Source: Alphaproteobacteria bacterium (lineage in GTDB: Bacteria; Pseudomonadota; Alphaproteobacteria; UBA828). From it: DNA of 64,000 nucleotides. The first letter of the stretch is position 1. The number at the start of each line of letters is the position of its first letter. A program made the translations under genes and the position numbers. The stretch is taken from positions 224,001 through 288,000 of the forward strand of contig CAXXVO010000009.1 of the NCBI GenBank assembly GCA_963422645.2, in the 5' to 3' direction. The notes under the pieces are model-generated. The model was not told the DNA's origin, searched no databases, and was given only the letters and a program-made list of their open reading frames with translations. Of the stretch, positions 19,368 through 29,593 are shown in pieces.

Positions 19368-21095
19368 TCAGACCGGCACCACCGCGCCCGAGCGTGGGGC
19401 AGCGAGAAAGTCCAGGTCGCAGCCGCGGTCGGCCTGCTCGACATGGGCGAGGTGGAGCGCGAGATAGCCGCGCTCCGCGCCTTCCGGCGGGGGCGGCGGG
19501 CGCCAGGCCGCCCGGCGTGCATCGAGCGTCGCCTGCGGCACGTCCAGCGTCAGCGACCGCGCCGCCACGTCCAGCGTGATCCGGTCGCCGTTCTCCACCA
19601 GCGCGAGCGGGCCACCGATGGCGGCTTCAGGCGCCGCGTGGAGCACGATGGTGCCGAAGGCGGTGCCGCTCATGCGCGCATCCGAGAGCCGCACCATGTC
19701 GGTCACGCCCTGGCGAGCGAGCTTGCGGGGGATCGGGATGTAGCCGGCCTCGGGCATCCCCGGCGCGCCCTTGGGGCCCGCGTTGCGCAGCACCAGCACG
19801 TCCTCCGGCGTCACGTCGAGCGCGGGATCGTCGATCCGCTCCGTGAGATCGGCGACGGAGTCGAACACGACCGCGCGGCCGCTGTGCTGGCAAAGCGCGG
19901 GCGTCGCCGCCGATTGCTTGATGATCGCACTGTCCGGCGCGAGGTTGCCGCGCAGCACCGCGATGCCGCCCTCGGGGTAGATGGGGTCGCCCGGCTCGCG
20001 CACCACATCCTGGGCCCAGGGGTCGGGGGCCGCGGCGATCTCCTCGCCCAGCGTGCATCCGGTCACGGTAAGGCAATCGAGATCCAGCTGATCCGACAGC
20101 GCGCGCAGCACCGGAACGAGCCCGCCGGCCTTATTCAGGTCCTCCATATAGTGCTGGCCCGAGGGCTTGAGATCGACCAGCACCGGGGTCTCGCGGCTCA
20201 GCCGGTCCAGGCGGCTCAAGTCGAGATCGAAGCCGCAGCGCCCTGCGACGGCGGCGAGGTGGATCACCGCGTTGGTCGAGCCGCCGACCGCGAGCAGCAC
20301 CGTGAGCGCGTTGGTGAAGGCGGCCGGCGTGAGGATGCGCTCCGGCGTCAGCCCTTCCGCAGCCATTGCCACGGCCCGCGCGCCGCTCTCGCGCGCGATG
20401 CGCTGGCGGTCGGCAAGCACCGCCGGGATCGCGGCGCTGCCCGGCAGCATCATGCCGAGCGCTTCCGCCGCGCAGGCCATGGTGCTGGCGGTGCCCATCA
20501 CCATGCAGGTGCCGGCAGAGGGCATAAGCCGGCCGCCGACCTCGGCGATCTCGTCCTCATCCACGCGCCCGCCCCGGTGCGCGCCCCAGTAGCGCCGGCA
20601 GTCGGTGCAGGCGCCGAGGCGCTCGCCCCGGTGGCTGCCGGTCAGCATGGGCCCCGTGACCAGCTGGATCGCGGGCACGCCCGCGCTCGCCGCCGCCATG
20701 AGCTGGGCCGGCACGGTCTTGTCGCAGCCGCCGATCAGAACCACCGCATCCAGCGGATGGGCGCGGATCATCTCCTCCGTGTCCATCGCCATCAGGTTGC
20801 GGAAGAGCATGGTCGTCGGGTGCATGAAGGGCTCGCCGAGCGAGATCGTGGGGAAGGTCAGCGGCAGCCCGCCGGCGGCCGTCACCCCGCGCTCCACCGC
20901 CTCGATCAGGGCCGGCACCGTGCCGTGGCAGCTCACGAGCCCGCTGGCCACATTCGCGATGCCGATGACCGGGCGGTCCAGCTCGGCCTCGGTGTAGCCC
21001 ATCGACTTGGCGAAGGCCTTGCGCAGGAAGAGCGAAAAGCCTGGATCGCCGTAGTCGGTGAGCTTGCCCCGGAGCCCGGTGGGCTTCTCCGTCAT
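19368..21095 (-). CDS. IlvD/Edd family dehydratase
   Basis: GGCDKT, GGSTNA, GAPGMPE, SDARMSGT. Confidence 0.93.
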   Translation of the reverse strand: MTEKPTGLRGKLTDYGDPGFSLFLRKAFAKSMGYTEAELDRPVIGIANVASGLVSCHGTVPALIEAVERGVTAAGGLPLTFPTISLGEPFMHPTTMLFRNLMAMDTEEMIRAHPLDAVVLIGGCDKTVPAQLMAAASAGVPAIQLVTGPMLTGSHRGERLGACTDCRRYWGAHRGGRVDEDEIAEVGGRLMPSAGTCMVMGTASTMACAAEALGMMLPGSAAIPAVLADRQRIARESGARAVAMAAEGLTPERILTPAAFTNALTVLLAVGGSTNAVIHLAAVAGRCGFDLDLSRLDRLSRETPVLVDLKPSGQHYMEDLNKAGGLVPVLRALSDQLDLDCLTVTGCTLGEEIAAAPDPWAQDVVREPGDPIYPEGGIAVLRGNLAPDSAIIKQSAATPALCQHSGRAVVFDSVADLTERIDDPALDVTPEDVLVLRNAGPKGAPGMPEAGYIPIPRKLARQGVTDMVRLSDARMSGTAFGTIVLHAAPEAAIGGPLALVENGDRITLDVAARSLTLDVPQATLDARRAAWRPPPPPEGAERGYLALHLAHVEQADRGCDLDFLAAPRSGAVVPV

Positions 21096-21132
21096 TTCGG
21101 CCTCCGCCAGTCGGTGGGTGGCGCGTCGGCCC

Positions 21133-21903
21133 TCACTCGGGCACGAGCCCGCAGCTCACACCGCCGTCGATGGTGAGCGCGATGCCGGTGACCCAACGCG
21201 CCTCGTCCGAGGCGAGGTAGGCGAAGCCCCCGGCAATGTCCGCCGGATCGCCCACGCCAAGCGGATGCAGCCCTGCGAGGCGTTCCTTGAACCCCTCCGG
21301 GTCGTCGAGCTGGGAGAGGTGGTAGTCCACCATCGGGGTCTGCACCCAGCCGGGGCAGACGCAATTGACCCGGATCTGGTCCCTGGCGCCGTCGAGCGCG
21401 AGGCACTTGGTCAGCATGACCACCGCGCCCTTGGAGGTGGCGTAGGCCACCTGCCCCGGCGTGCCGATAAGGCCTGCGACCGAGGCGGTGTTGAGGATCG
21501 CGCCACCGCCGCGCTCGCGCATGTGACCCCAGACCGCCTTGGCGCCCCGGTAGACGCTGGTGACGTTGACGTCCATCTGGCGGTCCCAGTCGGCGCGCTC
21601 GACCTCCTCCACGCTGCCGATCACGGCCTGACCCGCGTTGTTGACCAGGATATCGACGTGGCCGAGGGCCTCGATGGCGGCGGCCACCATCCCCGTCACG
21701 TCCTCGTCCTGCATGACGTCGGCCTCGATGGCGACGGCGCTGCCGCCGGCCTTCTCGACCGCGCGCACGGTGGCGACGTTGTCGTTGGCGCTGAGGCCCG
21801 CGCAGGCGACCGCCGCGCCTTCCCTGGCGAAGCGCAGCGCCGTGGCGCGGCCGATGCCCGAGCCTGCGCCGGTGACGACCGCGGTCTTGCCCTCGAGCCT
21901 CAT
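21133..21903 (-). CDS. Short-chain dehydrogenase/reductase
   Basis: [17 protein letters not shown]. Confidence 0.92.
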   Translation of the reverse strand: MRLEGKTAVVTGAGSGIGRATALRFAREGAAVACAGLSANDNVATVRAVEKAGGSAVAIEADVMQDEDVTGMVAAAIEALGHVDILVNNAGQAVIGSVEEVERADWDRQMDVNVTSVYRGAKAVWGHMRERGGGAILNTASVAGLIGTPGQVAYATSKGAVVMLTKCLALDGARDQIRVNCVCPGWVQTPMVDYHLSQLDDPEGFKERLAGLHPLGVGDPADIAGGFAYLASDEARWVTGIALTIDGGVSCGLVPE

Positions 21904-22019
21904 GTGTCTCTGCTCGTCCTCATGGCCGCCGCAGGATAGCCCGGTGGCCTGGGGCCTGCGAGGGTTGACTCCGCGCCCTGCCAGCCGATAGGCCGGGCGA
22001 GATAGGGGATCGGGAGGCA

Positions 22020-22832
22020 ATGACGCTCGAGGGGAAACACGCCATCGTCACCGGCGGTGGGCGCGGCATTGGGCGCGAGATCGGCCGCCGCTTCGCCGCC
22101 GAGGGTGCGCACGTGCTGCTCGCCGATATCGACGGCGAGCGCGCAGAGGCCGCGGCTGGCGAGGTCGTCTCCGCCGGCGGTCAGGCGACGCCCTGCACCG
22201 CCGACCTCGGTGAGCCTGCGGGCGCGCAGCACGTGTTCGAGCAGGCGGAGGCGTGCTTCGGCGACCGCCTCGACATCCTCGTCAACAATGCCGGCATCGC
22301 CCATCACGGCGCCTTCCTGGAACTTTCGTTCGAGGATTGGGAGCGGGTGCTGCGCAACAACCTGACCAGCGCCTTTCTCTGCGCGCAGGGAGCGGCGCGC
22401 GTCATGGCGGCGCATGGCGGCGGGCGAATCGTCAACATCGGTTCGATCTCGGGCCAGCGCGGCAGCTACGGGCGAACCGCCTACGGCGTTAGCAAGGCCG
22501 GCATCCACCAGATGACGCGCATCATGGCGGTCGAGCTCGGCCCGCGCGGCATCACCGTCAACGCCATCGCGCCCGGCCCCATCGACACCGGCATCACGAG
22601 CATGGGGCCGGATCAGGAGCGCCGCTACCTGGAGCGGATCCCGCTGGAGCGCTTCGGTCACGCCCGCGACATCGCCGGCACCGCGCTCTTCCTCGCGAGC
22701 GACGAGGCGGCCTACCTCACCGGCAGCGTCGTCAACGTGGACGGCGGCTTTGATGCCGCCGGCCTCATCTTCAGCTATACGGAACTCACCACGGTGAAGA
22801 GCGATGTCCGAGACCACTCCAAGAGCGACTGA
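22020..22832 (+). CDS. Short-chain dehydrogenase/reductase
   Basis: TGGGRGIG, NNAG, YGVSK. Confidence 0.92.
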   Translation: MTLEGKHAIVTGGGRGIGREIGRRFAAEGAHVLLADIDGERAEAAAGEVVSAGGQATPCTADLGEPAGAQHVFEQAEACFGDRLDILVNNAGIAHHGAFLELSFEDWERVLRNNLTSAFLCAQGAARVMAAHGGGRIVNIGSISGQRGSYGRTAYGVSKAGIHQMTRIMAVELGPRGITVNAIAPGPIDTGITSMGPDQERRYLERIPLERFGHARDIAGTALFLASDEAAYLTGSVVNVDGGFDAAGLIFSYTELTTVKSDVRDHSKSD

Positions 22833-22836
22833 GCCC

Positions 22837-23589
22837 ATGCAGATCGACGGATGCGAGGCCTTCGTCACCGGTGCCGCCGGCGGCATCGGCACGCCCCTGG
22901 TGGCGGCCCTGGCCGCGCGCGGCGCCCGGCGCATCCACGCCGTGGACCTGCCGGCGGCACTCGCGAAGGCGGCGTTCCCGGAGGGTGCCGGTGTGGAGCC
23001 GCTCGCCCTCGACGTGACCGACGAGGCGGCGGTTCAGCGCGCCGCAGAGCGATGCGAGGGCGTTACACTCGTCATCAACAACGCCGCCATCGTCGCCTGG
23101 GAGGGCGTGATGAGCGCGCCCACCCTCGCGACGGCGCGCACCGTGTTCGAGATCAACTACTGGGGCTATCTGCACGTGGCCCGCGCCTTCGCCCCGGTGC
23201 TGGCGCGGAAGGGCGGCGGTGCGATGGCCAACGTGCTCTCCGAGGTGGCGCGGGTGAACGCGCCCTTCTGCGGCTCCTACTCCGCGAGCAAGGCGGCGGT
23301 CTGGTCCGCGACCCAGTGCATGCGGGCCGAGCTTGCCGCTCAGGGCACCCATGTGCTCGCGGTCTTCCCGAGCTCGACCGATACCCCGATGGTCGCGGGC
23401 TTCGGCGGCGAGAAGCAGCCGCCCGAGGCGGTCGCCGAGGGCATTTGCGACGCGCTGGAGGAGGGCGTGGAGGACGTCTGCATCGGCGCCCACTCGATCC
23501 AGACCGAGGCGCTGATGCGGAGCGACCCCAAGGCCGCCGAGCGCGAGTTCGCCGCCCTGCTCCCCGGCGCCGCCGCAATCCCCGACTAG
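22837..23589 (+). CDS. Short-chain dehydrogenase/reductase
   Basis: TGAAGGIG, NNAA, YSASK. Confidence 0.9.
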   Translation: MQIDGCEAFVTGAAGGIGTPLVAALAARGARRIHAVDLPAALAKAAFPEGAGVEPLALDVTDEAAVQRAAERCEGVTLVINNAAIVAWEGVMSAPTLATARTVFEINYWGYLHVARAFAPVLARKGGGAMANVLSEVARVNAPFCGSYSASKAAVWSATQCMRAELAAQGTHVLAVFPSSTDTPMVAGFGGEKQPPEAVAEGICDALEEGVEDVCIGAHSIQTEALMRSDPKAAEREFAALLPGAAAIPD

Positions 23590-23793
23590 CCCGGGCATCG
23601 CGGAGGTGGGTAGCAGGTACGTTATTCAAAGGGGATTATATGTAACTACCCAGGTACCCCGCCGCCAGTTCTGAGTGCGTGCTGATGTTGCTTGCCGTCG
23701 GTGCCGTTTCGCCGTCGGCGCGTCGTTGATCCCCGCTTGACTGTATAGGTTCTCTCGCCTATGGGTTGCACTCTCGCATGAGAGGAGCAGCCG

Positions 23794-24462
23794 GTGGGGT
23801 ATTTCGGGTCGAAGGCGACGACCGGTCTGAGCCAGGCGCTGATTGCGCTGATGCCGCGGCACTCTGTCTATATCGAGAGCCATCTTGGGGGCGGGGCGCT
23901 GATGAAGCGCAAGCCTGCGGCCATGCGCTCGATCGGGATCGACCGCGACGAGCGGGCGCTTGAGGCCTTTGGCTGCGACTACCCGGTGGAGTTGGTGCCC
24001 GGCTGCGCCCATTCCTTCCTGGCCTCGTTCCCGTTTCTGGGCCCGGAGCTGGTCTACAGCGATCCGCCCTATCTGCACGCGACCCGGCGTTCGTCGCAGC
24101 GCTACCGCTTCGAGTACGAGGAGGCCGACCACGTCGCGCTCCTCGAACTGCTCAAGGGTCTGCCCTGCCAGGTGATGGTCTCGGGCCACCCGTCTGCGCT
24201 CTATGACGAGCTGCTGGCGGGCTGGCGCCGGCTGGCGCTGCAGGTGACGACCCAGGCCCAGGTGCGGACCGAGGTCGTGTGGTTCAACTTCGCGCCTGAC
24301 CGGGTGCACTGGGCGAGCTTCGCCGGCCGGAACTTCACCGAGCGCCAGTGCATCAAGCGCAAGGCGGCCAACTGGGGCCGGCGCTACGAGGCCATGCCGG
24401 CGGGCGAACGCCTGGCGGTGCTGGCCGCGATCATGGCCGTCGAGGCCGACGAGGGTTCGTGA
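23794..24462 (+). CDS. Dam-like N6-adenine DNA methyltransferase
   Basis: Protein identical to 3029-3697. Confidence 0.88.
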   Translation: MGYFGSKATTGLSQALIALMPRHSVYIESHLGGGALMKRKPAAMRSIGIDRDERALEAFGCDYPVELVPGCAHSFLASFPFLGPELVYSDPPYLHATRRSSQRYRFEYEEADHVALLELLKGLPCQVMVSGHPSALYDELLAGWRRLALQVTTQAQVRTEVVWFNFAPDRVHWASFAGRNFTERQCIKRKAANWGRRYEAMPAGERLAVLAAIMAVEADEGS

Positions 24463-25287
24463 CAGTGTCGCGCTGGCACGAGGACCTCGCTGCCCACGAC
24501 GAGGCCTTCGCGTGCCTGCAGGACCTTTTCACCCCACAATCCTTCGCAATGACCGCCGTCAAAGCCATTCGGGAATGGGGCCAGGGGTTGCTGCGCCTGA
24601 GCGCGGCCCTGGTCAAGGAGAACGACGCGCTGGAGCGGGAGAACGCCCGCTTGCGCGAGCGGATCGCCGAACTCGAGCGCAGCGCCGCGCTCGACAGCAC
24701 CACCAGCTCCAAGCCGCCGGCCAGCGACGGTCTGAAGAAGAAGAGCGGTGACCGGGAGAAGCGCACCCGGAGCCAGCGCGGCAAGTCCGACAGGCCCAGT
24801 GGCGGCCAGCCGGGCCACAAGGGAACTACCCTGGAGCGGACCGCGACGCCCGACCATGTCGTCGATCATGATCCGTCCGCCTGTGAGGGCTGCGGCGCGC
24901 CGCTGTCGGACGCTGACCGTCACGGAGCCCCCGTCTGCCGGCAGGTCTTCGATGTGCCCGAGCCGCAGCCCCTCGAGGTCACCGAACATCGCGGCCATCG
25001 TTGCCTCTGCGCTGCCTGCGGCACCGTGACGACAGCCGTCTTCCCGAACGGCGTGAGCGCACCGGTCCAATACGGGCCGCGCATCACCGCGTGGGTGACC
25101 TACCTGCTGCACGCTCAGTTCATTCCCGAGAAGCGGGTCGCCGAGGTCATGAGCGACCTCTTCGCGGTCAAGCTCTCAACAGCCACCATCGTCGCCATGG
25201 GAAGGCGCACCGCCCGGCGCTTCGAGGGCTTCCTCGATCGCCTCGCGGAGATCATCCGCACCGCAGCCCCAGTCAAACACCTCGACG
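24459..25287 (+). pseudogene. IS66 transposase, 3'-truncated
   Basis: Identity with the full copy ends at KHLD; rest of the DDE domain absent. Confidence 0.9.
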
Positions 25288-25301
25288 CTGAGCGCGCGCG
25301 G
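25286..25301. repeat. 16-bp inverted repeat, left arm (partner 28878-28893)
   Basis: CGCTGAGCGCGCGCGG is the exact reverse complement of CCGCGCGCGCTCAGCG. Confidence 0.75.
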
Positions 25302-25771
25302 ATGGGGGCGATCTCTGCGACGGCGTTCTCGTCGACGCTGTGCAGGCGGACCAGGGGATCGAGGATCAGGAGGCGCGGTTCGATGCGCTCCACGGTCTGC
25401 TGCAGGCGTTGACGGTCGCCGGGCCGGTCGAGACGCAGGGTGGGCACGTCGATGACGGCGATGTCGAGTTCGTCGAAGGGGGTGGCGGCGGCGCGGGCGA
25501 TCCCCTGCAGACGCTTGCGCACCCTGTGGCCGGCGTCCTCGGCGGCGAAGAGCAGCACGGTGCCGCTTGCGCTGGGGCGGTAGTGGCGCAGGCATGGGAC
25601 GCCGGTGGCCACGGCGACGGCGAGATCGAGCGCGAGCAGGGATTTGCCGCACTTGGGCTCGCCGCCGACGATGCCCACGGCCTGCTCGGCCCACAGCGTG
25701 TCCACCATCCACTGTTGCGCCCGGGGGCGATCCTCGAGCTGCATCGGCGCCCGTGTCGGGAAGCCCTTCAC
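25302..25771 (-). pseudogene. RecA-like/AAA_25 ATPase, 3'-truncated
   Basis: GEPKCGKS Walker A, AAED, LILDPLVRLH; GTG overlaps the upstream stop; runs into IS66 antisense after AEIAPI. Confidence 0.8.
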
Positions 25772-26601
25772 CGCCGTGCCCTCTTCGGCTTGGCGGGCTC
25801 GCCCAGGATCTCCATGAAGAGCTTCTCGTCGAGAACCTCGCGGTTCTTCTCGGCGCCGGCGGCGAGCAGCATGTCGCCCATGACGGTAAGCGCCCTGGGG
25901 TTGCCGCCGGCGTGGGTGACCAGGGTGTCCTTGAGCTCTGCGCTCATGAGGCCCGGATTGCCGGCCTGCTCGACCAGATGGTCGAGCAGGGCCGCGAGGT
26001 CGCCGGCGTCTGCCTGGGTCATGACCAGGCGCTGGCGCAGGCGCGAGGCGATGGGCTGCAAGTCGGGCTGGCGGAGCCTGTCGATCAGGCGGCTGTCGCC
26101 GGCGAAGACGACCGAGAGGATGGCGCGCGAGTCGAAGTCGGTGGACGCCAGCAGGCGGATCTCGGAGATCACCGAGGGCAGCAGCTCCTGGGCCTCGTCG
26201 ATGAGCACCACGGGCCGCATGCGGGTGTCGTCGACATGGGTGAGCCATCGCTCGCGCAGGTTTTTGAAGCTGGCCCAGCGGTTGTTGTACATCAGGTCGA
26301 CGCCGAACATCCCGCCGATCTCGCGGTAGAAGTCGGACAGCCTGGAAGAGGGGTGGGTGATGGCACAGACCCTGAGCCCGTCCGAGCGGCCGAGGCGGTC
26401 GGCGAGCACGCGCAACGCCACGCTCTTTCCGGTGCCGGGCTCGCCGGCGATCAACGCGAAGCCGCCCTGGCGCACAAGATGATGCTCGATTCTGAGGCAG
26501 AAGCTGTCGACGGCGGGGCTCACCATGAGGCTGTCGACCGGAAGGTCGGTGGCGAAGGGGTTCCATTTGAGCCCGTAGAAGGTGAGCAGCTCGCGGTTCA
26601 T
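25768..26601 (-). CDS. ExeA-like AAA+ ATPase (probable transposition helper)
   Basis: YGLKWNPF, GEPGTGKS, VLIDEAQ, GGNPR; ATGA overlap with the transposase. Confidence 0.9.
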   Translation of the reverse strand: MNRELLTFYGLKWNPFATDLPVDSLMVSPAVDSFCLRIEHHLVRQGGFALIAGEPGTGKSVALRVLADRLGRSDGLRVCAITHPSSRLSDFYREIGGMFGVDLMYNNRWASFKNLRERWLTHVDDTRMRPVVLIDEAQELLPSVISEIRLLASTDFDSRAILSVVFAGDSRLIDRLRQPDLQPIASRLRQRLVMTQADAGDLAALLDHLVEQAGNPGLMSAELKDTLVTHAGGNPRALTVMGDMLLAAGAEKNREVLDEKLFMEILGEPAKPKRARR

Positions 26602-28073
26602 GACGGATCTCCCTGATCGTCGTCCTCGCCCGGACCGGGCGTCTTGTTATGGGGTACCCAGGCCGGCGGCAGGCCTGTTGCGGCCTGGGCGTCGAGCACG
26701 CCCTTGAGCAGCGGCGGAAGTTCGCCGACGCCCGCGCTGGCGCCGCCATGGTCGCTGCCGGGTCTCGCAGGACGGCGGACGCCATCGGCGTTGCCGCGCT
26801 TGTCGAGGGGGTACAGCGTGCACAGCCGCTCGCCGCTTCGGCCTTCCACCAGATCGACGCCGCTGAGGTCCCAGCGCGCATAGCGGACCCAGAGCGTCCT
26901 CAGGTGGCGCCACGGCTGTGGCACCTGGTAGCGGATGCCCTCGACCGAGACGGTGCCGTCCGAGCGCCTGAGCGTGCGCTTCCTGGCGATGCGGAAGGCC
27001 GCCTTGAGCTCGTCCGAGGCGGGGCAGGGCCTCGATGCCTTGACGCTCCCGGCGAGGCGTTCATGCGGCGTCATGCCGAGCTCGCGGTGCACCCGCCGAT
27101 GGTAGTCCTGCTCCAGCCAGGCTATGGTGGCGTCGTTGAGCATCTTCAGGGTGAGCGCGTCGACGCCTTCGAGCTGAGCCATCAGGCGGCCCTCGACCGT
27201 GCCCCAGAACGACTCGATTTTTCCATTTTGATGGGGGCTGTAAGCGAGTGTCGTGGCCCCCACGATGCCGAGGCGGTGCAAGCCCTCCTCGACCTCGCCC
27301 GCCGTCATCGGCCCGCCGTTGTCGGTCAGCAGGGACCTGGGCAAGTCCCTCTTCATGAAGGCCTGACAGAGCCCGTGGACGAAGACCTCGGCGGTCTCCT
27401 CCAGGTACCACTGCAGGTGGCAGCCAAGCCTGGAGTGGTCGTCGAGGAAGCCGAGCAGGATGGGCGTCTGCCATTCGCCCGACGCCGTCAGCACGCGGCG
27501 CTTGCCGTGGTGGAAGTCCCCGTGCCACAGCGCGTGACTGCGAGACACCTCGTAGCTAAGGACCTCGCGGGCTTCGACCGCCGGCTTGTCCTCACCCTCG
27601 TGCCACTTCCTGGGGCGCTCGCGCACCAGGCCGCGATTGCGCATCGCCCGCGTCAGCGTCGCGTAGGACGGCATCGGGCCGAGCTCGGGATGGGTCGCAA
27701 CATGAGCCTTGAGGGTCTCGTAGTGGAGCTGCGCCGCCCACGAGGGATGGACCCGGTACTGCTCGCGCAGCGCCGCGATCAGCCCCGCCGACATGGACCG
27801 CTCGCGGCCGACGTCGGTCCGAGGCTTCCGGCGCAGCGCCTTGACCGGGTCCTGCTCCTCTGCCCGCGCCCGGTAGTACCAGCGCTCGATCGTCGAGGCC
27901 GCAAAGCGCACCGGCCCCTTGCCCGACGGGTGCTCCCAGTCGCGCTGCGACAGACGCTCGAACTCGGCCCCCAGCTGGCCTGCAGGCGGCGGTGAAGCCA
28001 GAAGCGGCCCCACCACCGCAAAGCGCAGCCGGGCCCACTTCTCGCGCCTGGCGCCTGCGTCGTCCTTGTCCAT
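26598..28073 (-). CDS. DDE (rve-type) transposase/integrase with Mu-like C-terminus
   Basis: LWHGDF, LLTDNG, NGKIESFW; N-terminal HTH-like STIERWYY; DGTVSVEG. Confidence 0.92.
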   Translation of the reverse strand: MDKDDAGARREKWARLRFAVVGPLLASPPPAGQLGAEFERLSQRDWEHPSGKGPVRFAASTIERWYYRARAEEQDPVKALRRKPRTDVGRERSMSAGLIAALREQYRVHPSWAAQLHYETLKAHVATHPELGPMPSYATLTRAMRNRGLVRERPRKWHEGEDKPAVEAREVLSYEVSRSHALWHGDFHHGKRRVLTASGEWQTPILLGFLDDHSRLGCHLQWYLEETAEVFVHGLCQAFMKRDLPRSLLTDNGGPMTAGEVEEGLHRLGIVGATTLAYSPHQNGKIESFWGTVEGRLMAQLEGVDALTLKMLNDATIAWLEQDYHRRVHRELGMTPHERLAGSVKASRPCPASDELKAAFRIARKRTLRRSDGTVSVEGIRYQVPQPWRHLRTLWVRYARWDLSGVDLVEGRSGERLCTLYPLDKRGNADGVRRPARPGSDHGGASAGVGELPPLLKGVLDAQAATGLPPAWVPHNKTPGPGEDDDQGDPS

Positions 28074-28122
28074 TCCGGCATCCCTCCCTCGCCGCATCGG
28101 AGAGATGCCCATGTAGAACGCC

Positions 28123-28740
28123 CTATCCGGGCGTGACAGGAACACTTTCTGCGGGCGGCGCCGAGCCATCGCCGAGCCCGCAATAGCCCGTCCACGGCTT
28201 GAACCAGATCAGGCTCAGGAACAGACGCTCACCGAAGCGTCCGCCCCGCATCTGCCGCAGCACGAAGAGCAGCGGCACCTCCTCGGGTGGCATCACCAGT
28301 TCGCCACGCTTCGCTCCCCAGGGCTCCGTCGCCGGGAACGCCTCCAGCCACCACTTCCGCCAGCGGCGCAGTGTGGCGACCGAGACCCCCCACTTCCGCT
28401 TGATCGTCTGCAACCGCACCCCGCCTCTCAGAACCAGTGCACTCAACAGAACGAACAGGGCGCCCAGATAAAAGCGGCGCCCGAAGAATCGTACCGATGG
28501 TGGGGTCGCTCGCAGGCGGCAATCCGCGCAGCAGAAGCTGAACCGCCGCGTGCCCTCTTCCCTCAACTCGGCTGCCAGACCGTACGGCTTGCGCGGATAC
28601 GTCGCGCTGTGCAGCTTGCCGGGGCAGTGTCGGCAGCCCGCCTCGCGGCAGCGCGCCGCCTCGGCCTCATCGACCTCGCGCAGCCAGGCCCAGACCAGGG
28701 CGTTGCAAAGCATGGAGTGGCGGAAAATGTTGTGCGACAT
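28123..28740 (-). CDS. Cys-rich hypothetical protein with probable HTH, upstream of the transposase
   Basis: CRHC...CCADCR...PPSVRF; VSVATLRRWRKWW. Confidence 0.75.
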   Translation of the reverse strand: MSHNIFRHSMLCNALVWAWLREVDEAEAARCREAGCRHCPGKLHSATYPRKPYGLAAELREEGTRRFSFCCADCRLRATPPSVRFFGRRFYLGALFVLLSALVLRGGVRLQTIKRKWGVSVATLRRWRKWWLEAFPATEPWGAKRGELVMPPEEVPLLFVLRQMRGGRFGERLFLSLIWFKPWTGYCGLGDGSAPPAESVPVTPG

Positions 28741-28784
28741 TGGGGCCGTCTCTGGCGATTGTGACCGTCACCACGAGACAAAGC

Positions 28785-28818
28785 CCCCCGGCGAACTTCT
28801 TGCAAGTTCGCCGAGGGG
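28785..28818. promoter_or_regulatory. Strong inverted repeat upstream of the transposon operon
   Basis: CGGCGAACTT-CTTGC-AAGTTCGCCG flanked by CCCC/GGGG. Confidence 0.45.
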
Positions 28819-28877
28819 CACCCGCCCCAAAACCTCAACAAATCCGAGCGGATCAGGCCCCGATCCCCGCTGAAAGA

Positions 28878-28893
28878 CCGCGCGCGCTCAGCG
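28878..28893. repeat. 16-bp inverted repeat, right arm (partner 25286-25301)
   Basis: CCGCGCGCGCTCAGCG. Confidence 0.75.
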
Positions 28894-29588
28894 CCGCCAT
28901 CAAGGCCATGGCCGACACAATCAACGCCATGATCGACGCCTTCGGCGATCCGAACGGCGTCGCCACCCTCGACGGCTCCGGCCTGCACCCCTTCCGCCAG
29001 ATGCGGGGCGAGGTATTCACCGCCGCCGAGCGCACGCGGCTGGCCAACCTCAGCGAGCGCACGGCGCCGCCGCGTCCCGGGCCCGAGCCCGCGCCCCGGC
29101 CAACGCCGCGCGGGCGCAAGACCTTCACCTCGCCCGGCTCCGGGTACTGGCGCGCGCCCGCGGGCGTGACCCGCGTGCGCGTGCAGTTGCGGGGCGGCGA
29201 CGGCGGCGACGGCGCCGGCGATAGCGGCTTCGAATACAACAGGGGCGCCGCGCCGATCAGCTGGACGGGCGGCGACGGCGGCGACGGCGGCTTCATCTAC
29301 TTCGAGATCGCGGTCTCGCCGGGCACCTCCTACAGCTTGACCGTGGGAGACAACGGCGTGGACGGAGCGCGATTGAGGGACGGCGGCGACGGCAGCAACA
29401 CCGCCGTCCTCGGCGGCACGGCGCGCGGCGGCAAGGGCGGCAAGAGAGCGTATGGCCGACGCAACGGCGCAGACGGCGCAGACGGAACCGCCTCCGCCCC
29501 CGCCGGCGCAAGCGGCGTCAGCCGCCACACCCAGCTCACCGTGCCCTCCCCGGTCTCCGCCGGCTATATCGTCATCGAGTGGGGCTGA
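28878..29588 (+). CDS. Glycine-rich phage-tail-like protein, probably 5'-truncated (start uncertain)
   Basis: NGVATLDGSG, TFTSPGSGYWRAPAGVTRVRVQLRGGDGG, VSPGTSYSLTVG, GYIVIEW. Confidence 0.65.
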   Translation, partial: PRALSAAIKAMADTINAMIDAFGDPNGVATLDGSGLHPFRQMRGEVFTAAERTRLANLSERTAPPRPGPEPAPRPTPRGRKTFTSPGSGYWRAPAGVTRVRVQLRGGDGGDGAGDSGFEYNRGAAPISWTGGDGGDGGFIYFEIAVSPGTSYSLTVGDNGVDGARLRDGGDGSNTAVLGGTARGGKGGKRAYGRRNGADGADGTASAPAGASGVSRHTQLTVPSPVSAGYIVIEWG

Positions 29589-29593
29589 TCGCG

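Larger units (their letters stand above)
23642..25287 (+). mobile_element. Truncated copy of the IS66-methyltransferase element (copy 3, right end missing)
   Basis: Starts GTAACTACCCAGGTACCCC; matches the reverse complement of copy 2 up to AAACACCTCGACG, then diverges abruptly. Confidence 0.93.

Noticed and set aside
1389-25287. Composite transposon formed by IS copies 2 and 3
   Set aside because: Copy 2 has its own intact target duplication, so it inserted independently; copy 3 lacks its outer end.
25768-26601. Type II secretion ExeA/GspA
   Set aside because: No secretion genes nearby; translationally coupled to a DDE transposase.
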